This document shows, one piece after another, positions 1-7,910 of a DNA stretch of 64,000 bases. The translations under genes and the position numbers were made by a program. Below the pieces are notes generated by a model, which ran no database searches, was not told the origin of the DNA, and saw nothing but the letters and a program-made list of their open reading frames with translations. Source of the stretch: Terriglobia bacterium (GTDB taxonomy: Bacteria; Acidobacteriota; Terriglobia; Bryobacterales; Bryobacteraceae); assembly GCA_963737495.1 (NCBI GenBank), contig CAVTSS010000009.1, positions 57,167 through 121,166 of the forward strand. Direction: 5' to 3'. How positions within the stretch are numbered: position 1 is the first letter of the stretch; each line of letters begins with the position of its first letter.

Positions 1-355
1 CCCGATCCGGAAAATCCGGAACAAATGACTTCGGCAGGCTCGGCTACGGCGGTCCCTGTCCCCCGGAAGGCGGAGGGCCGCACCGTTACTTTTTCCGCCT
101 GTTCGCGCTCGACATCCTACACTCGGCGTGCCTGAAGGAGCGAAGCGGCCAATACTTGAGAAGGCTCTCAAGAAGCATGCTATTGGGCAAGCTGTCTACA
201 TGGGGCGCTACGAGCGGCAGTGAAGGAAGTCGATTTTCAACCACTTCGCGACCCGGTGATTGCGATTCCAATCGGGGACTCCGAAGCGAATCAGTGGCAC
301 GGTTCGATCATCACGATCCGATCGGTCTTCGAATTGCACTCAAACGCTCAAATCA

Positions 356-782
356 ATGACAAATGGCACCGTGATTCTGCTTGGAAATCTTCCTCCTGGC
401 CCGCTCGACCGCGTCGTCACCGAGTTCGGGTGGTCCCTTGAGATCGTCCGCAGCCTCGATCGGGTGCGCGAGATGAGCGCCGGCCGCAAACTTATCGCCG
501 ATCCTCTTCGAGCCGTACTCTCTCGGCCTTTCGTGGAGCTTGGCTCTGCGGTCAGTGCTCTACGCGGCGCCCACCGCTCTCCCGATTGCATGTCACCGAT
601 TCTCAGACGCGATTGACTGGCCGGAACTCGCGAATGCCGGAGCGTTTCACGCGCTGTCTTCTCCCTTTAACGAGCGCGAGCTGAGGCAGAGTCTGGGATT
701 CATCTGGGCCCGAAGGTTTGAGAGGCTACAGAAACCGCTCCTCGAGCTTCACCGAGCCCAGGACACCGAGCTTGTCGCTTAA
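356..782 (+). pseudogene. receiver-like conserved hypothetical protein, reading frame broken near 500
   Basis: ATG 356 gives [15 protein letters not shown]...GRKLIA. Sensible sequence continues in the +1 frame (ORF 540..782) as ILFEPYSLGLSW...AGAFHALSSPFNERELRQSLGFIW. A 1-nt correction near 497-501 joins them. Confidence 0.4.
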
Positions 783-941
783 GTCGATTCTTGCTAATTA
801 GTAAGACTCATCGCCGTAAGGTCGAAGACGAGATTTCTTGTATTCTTGCCCACTTGGGCTAACACGCGCAGGTCTTGAGGACTATCACCCAGATTTGACC
901 CAGGTGGGGAAGCAGCGTCCACAAGGCGCGAGGCTTTAGGG

Positions 942-958
942 CGGTGCTCAAGTTGCAC
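942..958 (+). promoter_or_regulatory. sigma54-like -24/-12 candidate upstream of CBS gene
   Basis: cGGTGCTcaagTTGCAc: GG-N10-GC spacing with a perfect TTGCA -12 element, about 38 nt upstream of ATG 995. The -24 half is weak. Confidence 0.3.
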
Positions 959-994
959 CTTCAAATCCGTATTCCCCGAAAGAAGGAGGCCAAC

Positions 995-1474
995 ATGAAA
1001 GTGCGTGAACTGATGACTAAGAGGGTTACGGCTTGCCGTCCTGAGACCAACCTTGCGGCGGCCGGCGCGCTGATGTTTGAGAACGACTGCGGTGTTCTTC
1101 CTCTGGTGGACGAAAGCGGCAAAGTGACCGGCATCCTCACGGATCGTGACATTTGCATTGCTTTGAGCACGAGAGACGGCAAATCCTCGAAGATTACTGC
1201 CGCGGATGTCTCCAAGCCTCGGGTGGTCATGTGCGAGCCGGATGATGACCTCCACGCTGCGCTGAAGACGATGCGCAAGGAAAAGATTCACCGGTTGCCT
1301 GTCGTGAATCGTGCGGGGGCTCTGGAAGGCATTCTCTCGATGAACGACATCATTCTGCGATCGGAAAAAGGCGATGGCAAGAGCCAAGCGGAACTGTCGT
1401 ATGACGACGTAGTGCATACGCTGCAAGGAATCTGCGCGCATCGCGCTGCCAAGATCCACGTGGTGGCCGCATAG
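995..1474 (+). CDS. CBS domain pair protein
   Basis: MKVRELMTKRVTACRPETNL...GILTDRDI...IHRLPVVN...GILSMNDI are typical tandem CBS motifs. AAGGAGG RBS at 983-989. The first 17 codons of track ORF 944..1474 were dropped. Confidence 0.85.
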   Translation: MKVRELMTKRVTACRPETNLAAAGALMFENDCGVLPLVDESGKVTGILTDRDICIALSTRDGKSSKITAADVSKPRVVMCEPDDDLHAALKTMRKEKIHRLPVVNRAGALEGILSMNDIILRSEKGDGKSQAELSYDDVVHTLQGICAHRAAKIHVVAA

Positions 1475-1484
1475 GAGCTTGTTG

Positions 1485-1514
1485 AAAAAAAGGGGGACAG
1501 ACTACTCTGTCCCC
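1485..1514. terminator. hairpin GGGGACAG/CTGTCCCC preceded by an A-run (inverted copy of the repeat-borne terminator)
   Basis: gttgaaaaaaaGGGGGACAGactactCTGTCCCC. The reverse complement of its first 20 nt equals the ctgtcccccttttttcaac tail of the downstream repeats. Confidence 0.4.
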
Positions 1515-1552
1515 AGTCGCAAACTGCTGATTTCGCATCGGAGCGTCGGCGC

Positions 1553-1579
1553 GGACAGAACGGTCTGTCCCCCTTTTTT
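1553..1579 (+). terminator. rho-independent terminator-like hairpin (repeat unit 1)
   Basis: GGACAGA-acgg-TCTGTCC followed by CCCTTTTTT. Confidence 0.6.
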
Positions 1580-1649
1580 CAACAGGCTCCTAAGCAGTGC
1601 CGTATCGCATGAGTCGCAAACCGCTGATTTCGCATCGGAGCGTCGGCGT

Positions 1650-1676
1650 GGACAGAGCGGTCTGTTCCCCTTTTTT
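1650..1676 (+). terminator. rho-independent terminator-like hairpin (repeat unit 2)
   Basis: GGACAGA-gcgg-TCTGTTC (one G:U) followed by CCCTTTTTT. Confidence 0.55.
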
Positions 1677-1767
1677 CAACAAGCTCCGATGCAGTGCCGT
1701 ATCGCATGACCCACGGCTCCCTCGCGGGAGTCCATTAATCACCGAAGAAAACAAAAAGGAGTAAAGC

Positions 1768-2320
1768 ATGTCCGAAGTGAATGTGACGAAAGAAAAATCG
1801 CCCGCAAAGCGGGAAACCGCGCCGGCCGAGTTCAAGGAGTTCTTCAAGCCGGTGCTTCCATTCAGAAGCTTTTTCCACCAGAGCCCGTTTGCGCTGATGC
1901 GCGACTTCAGCGCCGAAATGGATCGGATCCTTCGTGGGGTCGCGCCGGCGACTGACGGAGGAGCCTGGTCCCCTGCCATCGACATTCAGCAGTGCAACGG
2001 CAACCTGGTGGTGACCGCGGAGCTTCCCGGCCTTAAGAAGGAGGAAGTGAAAGGTCGAGCTCACCGAGGACGCCCTCATCATCGAAGGCGAACGAAAACG
2101 CGAGCACCAAGAGGATCACGAAGGATTCCATCGCTGGGAGAGAAGCTACGGCCAATTCTATCGGTCGATCCCGTTGCCTGAGGGTGCAAAGACAGACCAG
2201 GCAAAGGCCGAGCTTACCGAGGGCATTTTCAAAATTACATTGCCCGTCGCGGAGGCGAAAAAGAAGATCCACCAGGTGACGGTTGAGGAAGGGACGAAAA
2301 CGAAGCCTGCGGCGGCGTAA
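1768..2320 (+). pseudogene. Hsp20/alpha-crystallin small heat-shock protein with +1 frameshift at 2050-2053
   Basis: The N-terminal part ends ...NLVVTAELPGLKKEEVK. The +1 frame continues VELTEDALIIEGERKREHQEDHEGFHRWERSYGQFYRSIPLPEGAKTDQAKAELTEGIFKITLPVAEAKKK...* with stop at 2318-2320. There is one extra base in the gtgAAAGGtc run. RBS AAGGAG at 757-762 (i.e. 1757-1762). Confidence 0.8.
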
Positions 2321-2404
2321 AGAAAAGATCGCAGTGTCATCGAAGGACGGAGGAAATGCGGCGCCGTGGCAGAATACGGCGCCGCATTGAACGAACGACC
2401 CGGC

Positions 2405-3052
2405 TCATCGCTGTTTGCGCAGCAGCGCAGTGCCGGCGGCGTTACGAGCTTGCTTAGCCAGGCGGACTAGTTGGACCGAGCTCGCTTGTGGACCTTCTTC
2501 GCCGGCTTCCTCAGCAAACCGCACGTCGCTTCCGATGCGTAGAAGATTGAACCGTTCATCCAAAACGCTGTTGCGGTGAAAATAGATCTCGCGCCCATCC
2601 GGTGTTTCCAGGAAACCGTAATCCTCAAACAGCTTCACGACTCTGGCCGGGACTGGAGCCTCATGCTGCTTCGTTTGTCCTTGCAAGCGCCGCGCATAAT
2701 CCTGCAAACGACGGCGCATCTCATGGAACGCCTCGTGAATCGCGCGGTACACGTCACGGCTGTCCCGCTTCGGCTCGGACTGCTTGGTTCTCTTCGAAGC
2801 CTCGATGTCCTGAAGAGTTCCGTGAAGGCTGGGCGTGTGCTCAACCACCAACTCCTCCGTGGGGACTCCGAGGTCGATTCGCACATGGTACAAGCCACCG
2901 TAACGCCGGCCTCTTGGTCCCTCGATCATGACGCGGCAACTCATGATCCGCTTGAAGAATCGTTCGAGAACCGCTATTTCCTTGAGCACCGCCGGTTCAA
3001 GGTTTGGAACCGGCTCCATATTTCGCAGCGTGATCTGTGGGGGTAGTGTCAT
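2405..3052 (-). CDS. HPF/RaiA-like ribosome-associated domain fused to a cold-shock-like domain
   Basis: The N-terminus (ITLRNMEPVPNLEPAVLKEIAVLERFFKRIMSCRVMIEGP...YHVRIDLGVP) resembles the S30AE/HPF fold. The C-terminus (ARVVKLFEDYGFLETPDGREIYFHRNSVL...IGSDVRF) is CSD-like. Confidence 0.7.
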   Translation of the reverse strand: MTLPPQITLRNMEPVPNLEPAVLKEIAVLERFFKRIMSCRVMIEGPRGRRYGGLYHVRIDLGVPTEELVVEHTPSLHGTLQDIEASKRTKQSEPKRDSRDVYRAIHEAFHEMRRRLQDYARRLQGQTKQHEAPVPARVVKLFEDYGFLETPDGREIYFHRNSVLDERFNLLRIGSDVRFAEEAGEEGPQASSVQLVRLAKQARNAAGTALLRKQR

Positions 3053-3058
3053 ATGTTT

Positions 3059-3619
3059 TCATCCGAGCCATTGAATTTCAGGAACGTTGCGGCCGTGCGA
3101 GCTCGGCCACGCCACTGGATGTCCCAGCACGATAGGAGCGACGACGTGGTATTTCTCCGCCAACCCGAGTTCGTGCTTTATCTCCGGCAGATTCAGCCAG
3201 GGACGAGCGAAGCCGACCCAACAGCTGGCAATCCCCTGGTCGCGCGCGGCCAGCATCAGATTCTCCGCGGCCAGGCAGCAGTCTTCCATGGCCTGCGCTT
3301 CCGGGGATTTCGCCAAGATCATCACCAACGCCGGCGCGTGATGGAACAAGGCGTATTTTGGATCCTCAATCATCCCCCGGATGGACGGGCCGTACATCGT
3401 ATCGGAAAAGTTCGCCAGCAGCCACTTCTTGACGCGTTCGGCAAGCTGGTCGACCCGCGCCCGGCCGAGAAGGACTGCGAAGGCCCACGGTTGCAGATTC
3501 ATTGCGCTGGGCGCGAGGATTGCGGCACGGATCAGCCGCTCGATGGTAGACCGTTCCACAGCCGCATCGGTGTATTCCCGGACCGCGCGCCGTTTTTCAA
3601 GGACATCCATCAACTCCAT
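3059..3619 (-). CDS. nitroreductase family protein
   Basis: MELMDVLEKRRAVREYTD...ILAPSAMNLQPWAF...AAENLMLAARDQGIASCWVG are the classical nitroreductase motifs. It lies 6 nt upstream of the HPF-CSD gene, so it is probably the first gene of a two-gene operon. Confidence 0.85.
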   Translation of the reverse strand: MELMDVLEKRRAVREYTDAAVERSTIERLIRAAILAPSAMNLQPWAFAVLLGRARVDQLAERVKKWLLANFSDTMYGPSIRGMIEDPKYALFHHAPALVMILAKSPEAQAMEDCCLAAENLMLAARDQGIASCWVGFARPWLNLPEIKHELGLAEKYHVVAPIVLGHPVAWPSSHGRNVPEIQWLG

Positions 3620-3699
3620 AAGTCAACTCCATATCCTGGATTGCCGCCTTTGCCCAGTGCACTTCGTGGACCGAAGCCGGCTTCCCTCTATCGCGCCGT

Positions 3700-3716
3700 T
3701 TGGCAGAAAGCATGCA
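3700..3716 (+). promoter_or_regulatory. sigma54-type -24/-12 promoter candidate for the CBS-archease-rtcB operon
   Basis: tTGGCAGaaagcATGCAg: GG (3702-3703)-N10-GC (3714-3715), close to the TGGCAC-N5-TTGCA consensus. It is about 33 nt upstream of ATG 3749, with RBS AAGGAG at 3735-3740. Confidence 0.45.
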
Positions 3717-3748
3717 GCGATCAATTCGTTAACCGAAGGAGAAAACTT

Positions 3749-4198
3749 ATGCCGGTTGGAGAACTTTGCATCCGTCAAACCGTGGTTGCGTCCCGCGGGA
3801 TGTCCGTTCGTGAGGCAGCAAAACTTATGCGCCAATTTCATGTTGGCGACCTTGTCGTCACAGATAAGCTCGATGGGAAACGCATACCTGTCGGGATCGT
3901 TACCGACCGGGATATCGTCGTCGAGGTATTGGCTTTGGAGTTAGATGCAGCCAGCCTCGCGGTTGAAGACATCATGACCCGCGATCTGGTCACCGTGCGG
4001 GAGCAGGAAGGTGTTCTTCAAACGATCGCAAAGATGCGGACGAACGGAATTCGCAGGGTCCCGGTTGTGGATGCGGAAGGCGCGTTGGCAGGCATCGTGG
4101 CTGTCGATGACATGGTTGAACTGCTGGCCGACGAACTGGGCGAACTCGCCAAGCTTATTTCGCGGGAGCAGAAACACGAAGTGCTCGCACGCCCTTAG
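3749..4198 (+). CDS. CBS domain pair protein
   Basis: MPVGELCIRQTVVASRGMSVREAAKLM...GIVTDRDIVV...IRRVPVVDAEGALAGIVAVDDM. Only the last 150 codons of track ORF 3053..4198 are real; the rest is antisense to the nitroreductase gene. Confidence 0.85.
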   Translation: MPVGELCIRQTVVASRGMSVREAAKLMRQFHVGDLVVTDKLDGKRIPVGIVTDRDIVVEVLALELDAASLAVEDIMTRDLVTVREQEGVLQTIAKMRTNGIRRVPVVDAEGALAGIVAVDDMVELLADELGELAKLISREQKHEVLARP

Positions 4199-4200
4199 TT

Positions 4201-4647
4201 ATGCAGGTGGGCAAGCCGACCAAAGAGTCCACGGCGCGGTGGGAGCATTTTCCGCACGGCGCCGACATCGGTGTCCGCGGCATCGCCGCAACCAAAGAGG
4301 GAGCTTATGAGCAAGCGGCGCTCGCCCTTATGGGAGTCATTACTGATCCTTCGCGGGTAGTAGGACGAAGAGTGGTCGTCGTCGAATGCGAGGCCGAGAA
4401 CCGTGAAACTTTGCTGGTCGACTGGTTAAACGCGCTGGTTTACGAAATGGCCGTCCGTGGAATGATCTTCAGACGCTTCGAAGTGCGCATCCAAGGAAAT
4501 CGCTTACGGGGCAGAGCTTGGGGAGAGGATGTCGACGTCGCGCGTCACGAGCCGGCGGTCGAGGTCAAGGGAGCCACGTATACCAGCTTGTTCGTCGGCC
4601 GGAACGCGGCGGGGGAATGGGTCGCGCAATGTGTCGTGGATGTGTGA
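4201..4647 (+). CDS. archease (RtcB activator)
   Basis: RWEHFPHGADIGVRGIAATKEGAYEQAALAL...VKGATYTSLFV is the archease signature. It starts 3 nt after the CBS gene and ends 6 nt before rtcB. Confidence 0.85.
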   Translation: MQVGKPTKESTARWEHFPHGADIGVRGIAATKEGAYEQAALALMGVITDPSRVVGRRVVVVECEAENRETLLVDWLNALVYEMAVRGMIFRRFEVRIQGNRLRGRAWGEDVDVARHEPAVEVKGATYTSLFVGRNAAGEWVAQCVVDV

Positions 4648-4653
4648 GGGCTC

Positions 4654-6085
4654 ATGGAAACGGCGCTGCTAAATCGCGTGTCCGAATTTGAGTGGAAGAT
4701 TGAACCGCATGGCAAGATGCGCGTTCCTGCCGTTCTTTATGCGAGCGAAGACCTGATACATGACATGGACGCGAAGGTCTACGAGCAAATCGTGAATGTA
4801 GCAACTTTGCCGGGCATTCAGAAAGCCGCCTATGCGATGCCGGATGCGCATTGGGGGTACGGATTTCCGATCGGCGGCGTGGCAGCATTCGATCCTGAGC
4901 AAGGCGGCGTGGTCTCCGCGGGAGGCGTAGGATTCGACATCTCGTGCGGTGTTCGCACTTTGTTGACGGGCCTGAAGTCTGACGACATTACGACGGTAAA
5001 GCAAACCCTCGCGGACGCGCTCTATCGGCACATCCCTGCCGGCGTTGGAAGCCGGGGCCTGCTTAATTTCACGGATTCACAGTTGGATGAAATGCTCGAC
5101 GGCGGCGCGCAATGGGCGTTGCGCATGGGCTACGGCGTCGAGGCGGACCTCGATCGGACTGAGGAGCGCGGCCGGATGCTCGGCGCTCAGCCTGGCACGG
5201 TCTCCGGCTTCGCCAAGAATCGGCAACGGCGTGAAATGGGGACGCTCGGATCGGGAAACCACTACCTCGAAGTGCAGCGCGTGGTCTCGATCTTCGATGA
5301 ACCGTCGGCCCGCGCCTTCGGCATCCAGCTCGACGACATCCTGGTGAGCATTCATTGCGGATCGCGCGGGCTTGGCCACCAGATCGGGACGGAGTTTCTT
5401 CGTGACATGGTGATGCAGGCCGCACAATACGGAATTGAGCTGCCGGATCGGGAGCTGGCGTGCGCGCCGATCGAATCTCCACTTGGAGAGAAATATCTCG
5501 GTGCCATGCGGTCGGCCATCAACTGCGCGCTGGCCAACCGTCAGATGATCACTCACCTGGTCCGCCGCGCCTTCGCCGAAGTAGTGCCAAAAGCCGAGCT
5601 GACAGTGCTCTACGATGTATCCCACAATACTTGCAAAGTGGAAGAGCATAAAGTCGATGGGTGCACGAAGCGCCTCTTCATTCATCGCAAAGGCGCAACC
5701 CGTGCGTTCGGCCCGAATCATCCTGCGATTCCAGAAGCTCTGCGCTCGATCGGGCAGCCAGTGCTGATCGGCGGCACGATGGGCACGGCATCGTACATCC
5801 TGGTGGGAATGGGGGAAAGCGAGAAGCGATCGTTCAGCTCGTCCTGCCACGGAGCCGGACGGCAGATGAGCCGTCACCAGGCGACCAAGCTCTGGCGCGG
5901 CAGGCAACTGATCGACGATCTTGCCGACCGAGGCATTCTGATCCGCTCACCCTCGTCACGCGGAGTCGCCGAAGAGGCGCCGGGAGCTTATAAGGATGTA
6001 ACGGAGGTGGTAGAAGCTAGCCGAAAATGCCGGACTCTCGCGACGTGTCGCGCGGCTCGAACCAATGGTCTGTATCAAAGGATGA
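4654..6085 (+). CDS. rtcB: RNA-splicing ligase RtcB (long, archaeal/eukaryal-like form); C-terminal frameshift near 6019
   Basis: DAHWGYGFPIGG, GSGNHYLEV, HCGSRGLGHQ and SSCHGAGR motifs are present. After ...YKDVTEVVEA the track frame turns into nonsense, while the +1 frame reads AENAGLSRRVARLEPMVCIKG* (stop 6083-6085), the canonical RtcB C-terminus. Confidence 0.9.
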
Positions 6086-6127
6086 TTTCGTATCGAACTT
6101 GCGGGCCGCATCTTATTCTCCTTTTAT

Positions 6128-6361
6128 TCACCTGCTGTGCGCCCGCTTGTGGCTGATCAAGCCCGTATACGCGCGATGTCGTTCTTGGGTCGCATTCTCC
6201 TGATCTTTTCTCAAGGCTTCATACTCATCCATGTCTGAAACCCCGCCAAATCGCTCATGCGTGATCAGGTAACACCGCAGCCCAGTTTCAGCCTTGTCGG
6301 CCGCGACCATCGCCTCGAGCAGAAAGCGCTCCAACCGTGCACATCCATCGCAGTTCGTCAT
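6128..6361 (-). CDS. small hypothetical protein
   Basis: 77-codon ORF with ATG and an AGAGG RBS. It does not overlap rtcB once the rtcB stop is corrected to 6085. Confidence 0.45.
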   Translation of the reverse strand: MTNCDGCARLERFLLEAMVAADKAETGLRCYLITHERFGGVSDMDEYEALRKDQENATQERHRAYTGLISHKRAHSR

Positions 6362-6387
6362 CTAATAACCTCTTTTCGCAACCATGC

Positions 6388-6417
6388 CGGCACGTGACAG
6401 ACCAATCAGACGTGCCG
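6388..6417. promoter_or_regulatory. 8-bp inverted repeat CGGCACGT-N14-ACGTGCCG in a divergent intergenic region
   Basis: Read directly from the sequence. It lies between the divergent genes starting at 6361 (-) and 6507 (+). Confidence 0.35.
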
Positions 6418-6469
6418 CCACAGCGACCGCAGACAGGCCTTCAAAGCCACCTGGTCACAACGCGGGAAT

Positions 6470-6486
6470 TGGCATCCCGAATGCCA
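6470..6486. promoter_or_regulatory. perfect palindrome TGGCAT-CCCGA-ATGCCA (also fits sigma54 GG-N10-GC spacing)
   Basis: TGGCATCCCGAATGCCA, 21 nt upstream of ATG 6507. Confidence 0.35.
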
Positions 6487-6506
6487 GTATCATCCTGAGG
6501 TTCATT

Positions 6507-7169
6507 ATGGCAACAAAACGTAAAGTCAAGAAAAGTACAAGCCGCTCCAGCGGTTTTCCAGGAGGAGGAGCCGGGCGGAAAGATCGAGTTGGCCCATCCG
6601 GAGTGTATCCGATGTCGGGTCCGCACCCGCCCGGCGACGCTCCCATGGTTTGGCCCGGTTCTTGGGGACAAGGCAAACGTGGAGCTTCCGGATACGAAGA
6701 TCACGGCGAATCGGAATTGAATATCGCCCCGGTGATGCCCGAAAAGTGCCGGGACATCATGACCAAGGATCCGGTGTTCTGTCAGGCGAGCGATAGCGCT
6801 TCGCTCGCGGCGAAGCTGATGCTGAAGCACAATATCGGAGCCCTGCCGGTGGTCGGTAGCTTGCCCGAGAACAAGTTGGTCGGCATCCTCACAGATCGCG
6901 ATTTGGCGATGAAAGTCGTGGCTCCCGGCCGCGATCCGCACCAAACGACCGTGTACGACATTATGTCGAGCCCGGTGATAACCTGCTCGCCGGATGACGA
7001 TTATCAGACAGCGCTGGATTTGATGGAAGGGCATCAGATCAAGCGAATTCCGGCCGTTGACAGAGGGGGACACGTCGTCGGAATGATCTCCGAAGCCGAC
7101 GTCGCGCTGCGCATTCCCGACGAAAAGAAAATCGAGGAGCTTGTCCGAAGCGTGGTACAACCGGTCTGA
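6507..7169 (+). CDS. CBS domain pair protein with a basic Gly/Pro-rich N-terminal extension
   Basis: MATKRKVKKST...CRDIMTKDPVFC...ALPVVG...GILTDRDLAMKV...IKRIPAVDRGGHVVGMISEADV. The ATG at 6507 lies inside track ORF 6384..7169. Confidence 0.8.
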   Translation: MATKRKVKKSTSRSSGFPGGGAGRKDRVGPSGVYPMSGPHPPGDAPMVWPGSWGQGKRGASGYEDHGESELNIAPVMPEKCRDIMTKDPVFCQASDSASLAAKLMLKHNIGALPVVGSLPENKLVGILTDRDLAMKVVAPGRDPHQTTVYDIMSSPVITCSPDDDYQTALDLMEGHQIKRIPAVDRGGHVVGMISEADVALRIPDEKKIEELVRSVVQPV

Positions 7170-7175
7170 AGGAAA

Positions 7176-7910
7176 TTGGCGGAATCCCGTGTGAAGCTGA
7201 CGTTCCTGGGAACCCGAGGAGAAATCGAAGCAAGAACGCCGCTGCATCGCATGCATTCGTCGCTGCTGGTGTCCTGGCGCCGCAAGGCAGTCATGATCGA
7301 TTGCGGCGCGGACTGGGCCGGCAACGTCGAGCGTATTGGTCCGGATGCGATCCTGCTCACCCACGCACACTCGGACCATGTTGCCGGACTAAAGACGGGC
7401 GCCTTCTGCCCTGTCTATGCGGCTGCGGAGACATGGAGCAGGATCTGTACTGCCCGGATCGCTTCCAAAGTCGTGATCCGGTCACGTTGCAGGTTCGAGT
7501 TGTTCGGGATCGGGTTCGAAGCATTTCCGGTAGAGCACTCCATTCGCGCGCCCGCGGTCGGATATAGAATCACGGCGGGACGGCACAGCGTCTTCTACGT
7601 TCCAGACCTGGTACAGATTCGAGATCGGAGCGAAGCCCTGCGCGCGATCAGTCTCTATATCGGCGATGGGGCGTCGATTACACGTGGGATTCTTCGCAGG
7701 CGCGGCAAAACTGTGATCGGACATGCTTCGATTCGCACGCAGATTCAATGGTGCAAAGAAGAAGGCGTGCGGCGTGCGATTTTCTCTCATTGCGGTTCGG
7801 AAATCGTGACGAGCGATCCGGAGGAGGCTGCCCGGAAAGTTCGGCTTCTCGGCTCAGATTTCGGCGTGGATGCACGTATCGCTTATGACGGACTGAGCGT
7901 CACGCTGTGA
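7176..7910 (+). CDS. MBL-fold metallo-hydrolase
   Basis: KLTFLGTRG...MIDCGADW...ILLTHAHSDHVAGL (HxHxDH motif). It starts 7 nt after the CBS gene. The exact start (TTG 7176 or GTG 7191) is uncertain. Confidence 0.75.
   Translation: MAESRVKLTFLGTRGEIEARTPLHRMHSSLLVSWRRKAVMIDCGADWAGNVERIGPDAILLTHAHSDHVAGLKTGAFCPVYAAAETWSRICTARIASKVVIRSRCRFELFGIGFEAFPVEHSIRAPAVGYRITAGRHSVFYVPDLVQIRDRSEALRAISLYIGDGASITRGILRRRGKTVIGHASIRTQIQWCKEEGVRRAIFSHCGSEIVTSDPEEAARKVRLLGSDFGVDARIAYDGLSVTL

Larger units (their letters stand above)
1516..1709 (+). repeat. two tandem 97-bp repeat units, each carrying an intrinsic-terminator-like hairpin
   Basis: Unit 1 (1516-1612) and unit 2 (1613-1709) are about 90 percent identical: GTCGCAAACYGCTGATTTCGCATCGGAGCGTCGGCG.GGACAGA.CGGTCTGT.CCCCTTTTTTCAACA.GCTCC...GCAGTGCCGTATCGCATGA. 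Confidence 0.9.

Noticed and set aside
295-309. An exact sigma54 -24 element, TGGCACG, 55 nt upstream of ATG 356.
   Set aside because: The -12 position reads TC instead of GC (TGGCACGgttcgaTCa), so the essential GC dinucleotide is missing.
3053-3748. N-terminal 232 codons of track ORF 3053..4198.
   Set aside because: This stretch is antisense to the nitroreductase gene. The CBS protein starts at ATG 3749, which has its own AAGGAG RBS.
6086-6156. C-terminal tail of the 500-aa rtcB ORF (...SRKCRTLATCRAARTNGLYQRMISYRTCGPHLILLLFTCCAPACG).
   Set aside because: This is a frameshift artefact. The +1 frame gives the canonical RtcB ending ...ARLEPMVCIKG* at 6085.
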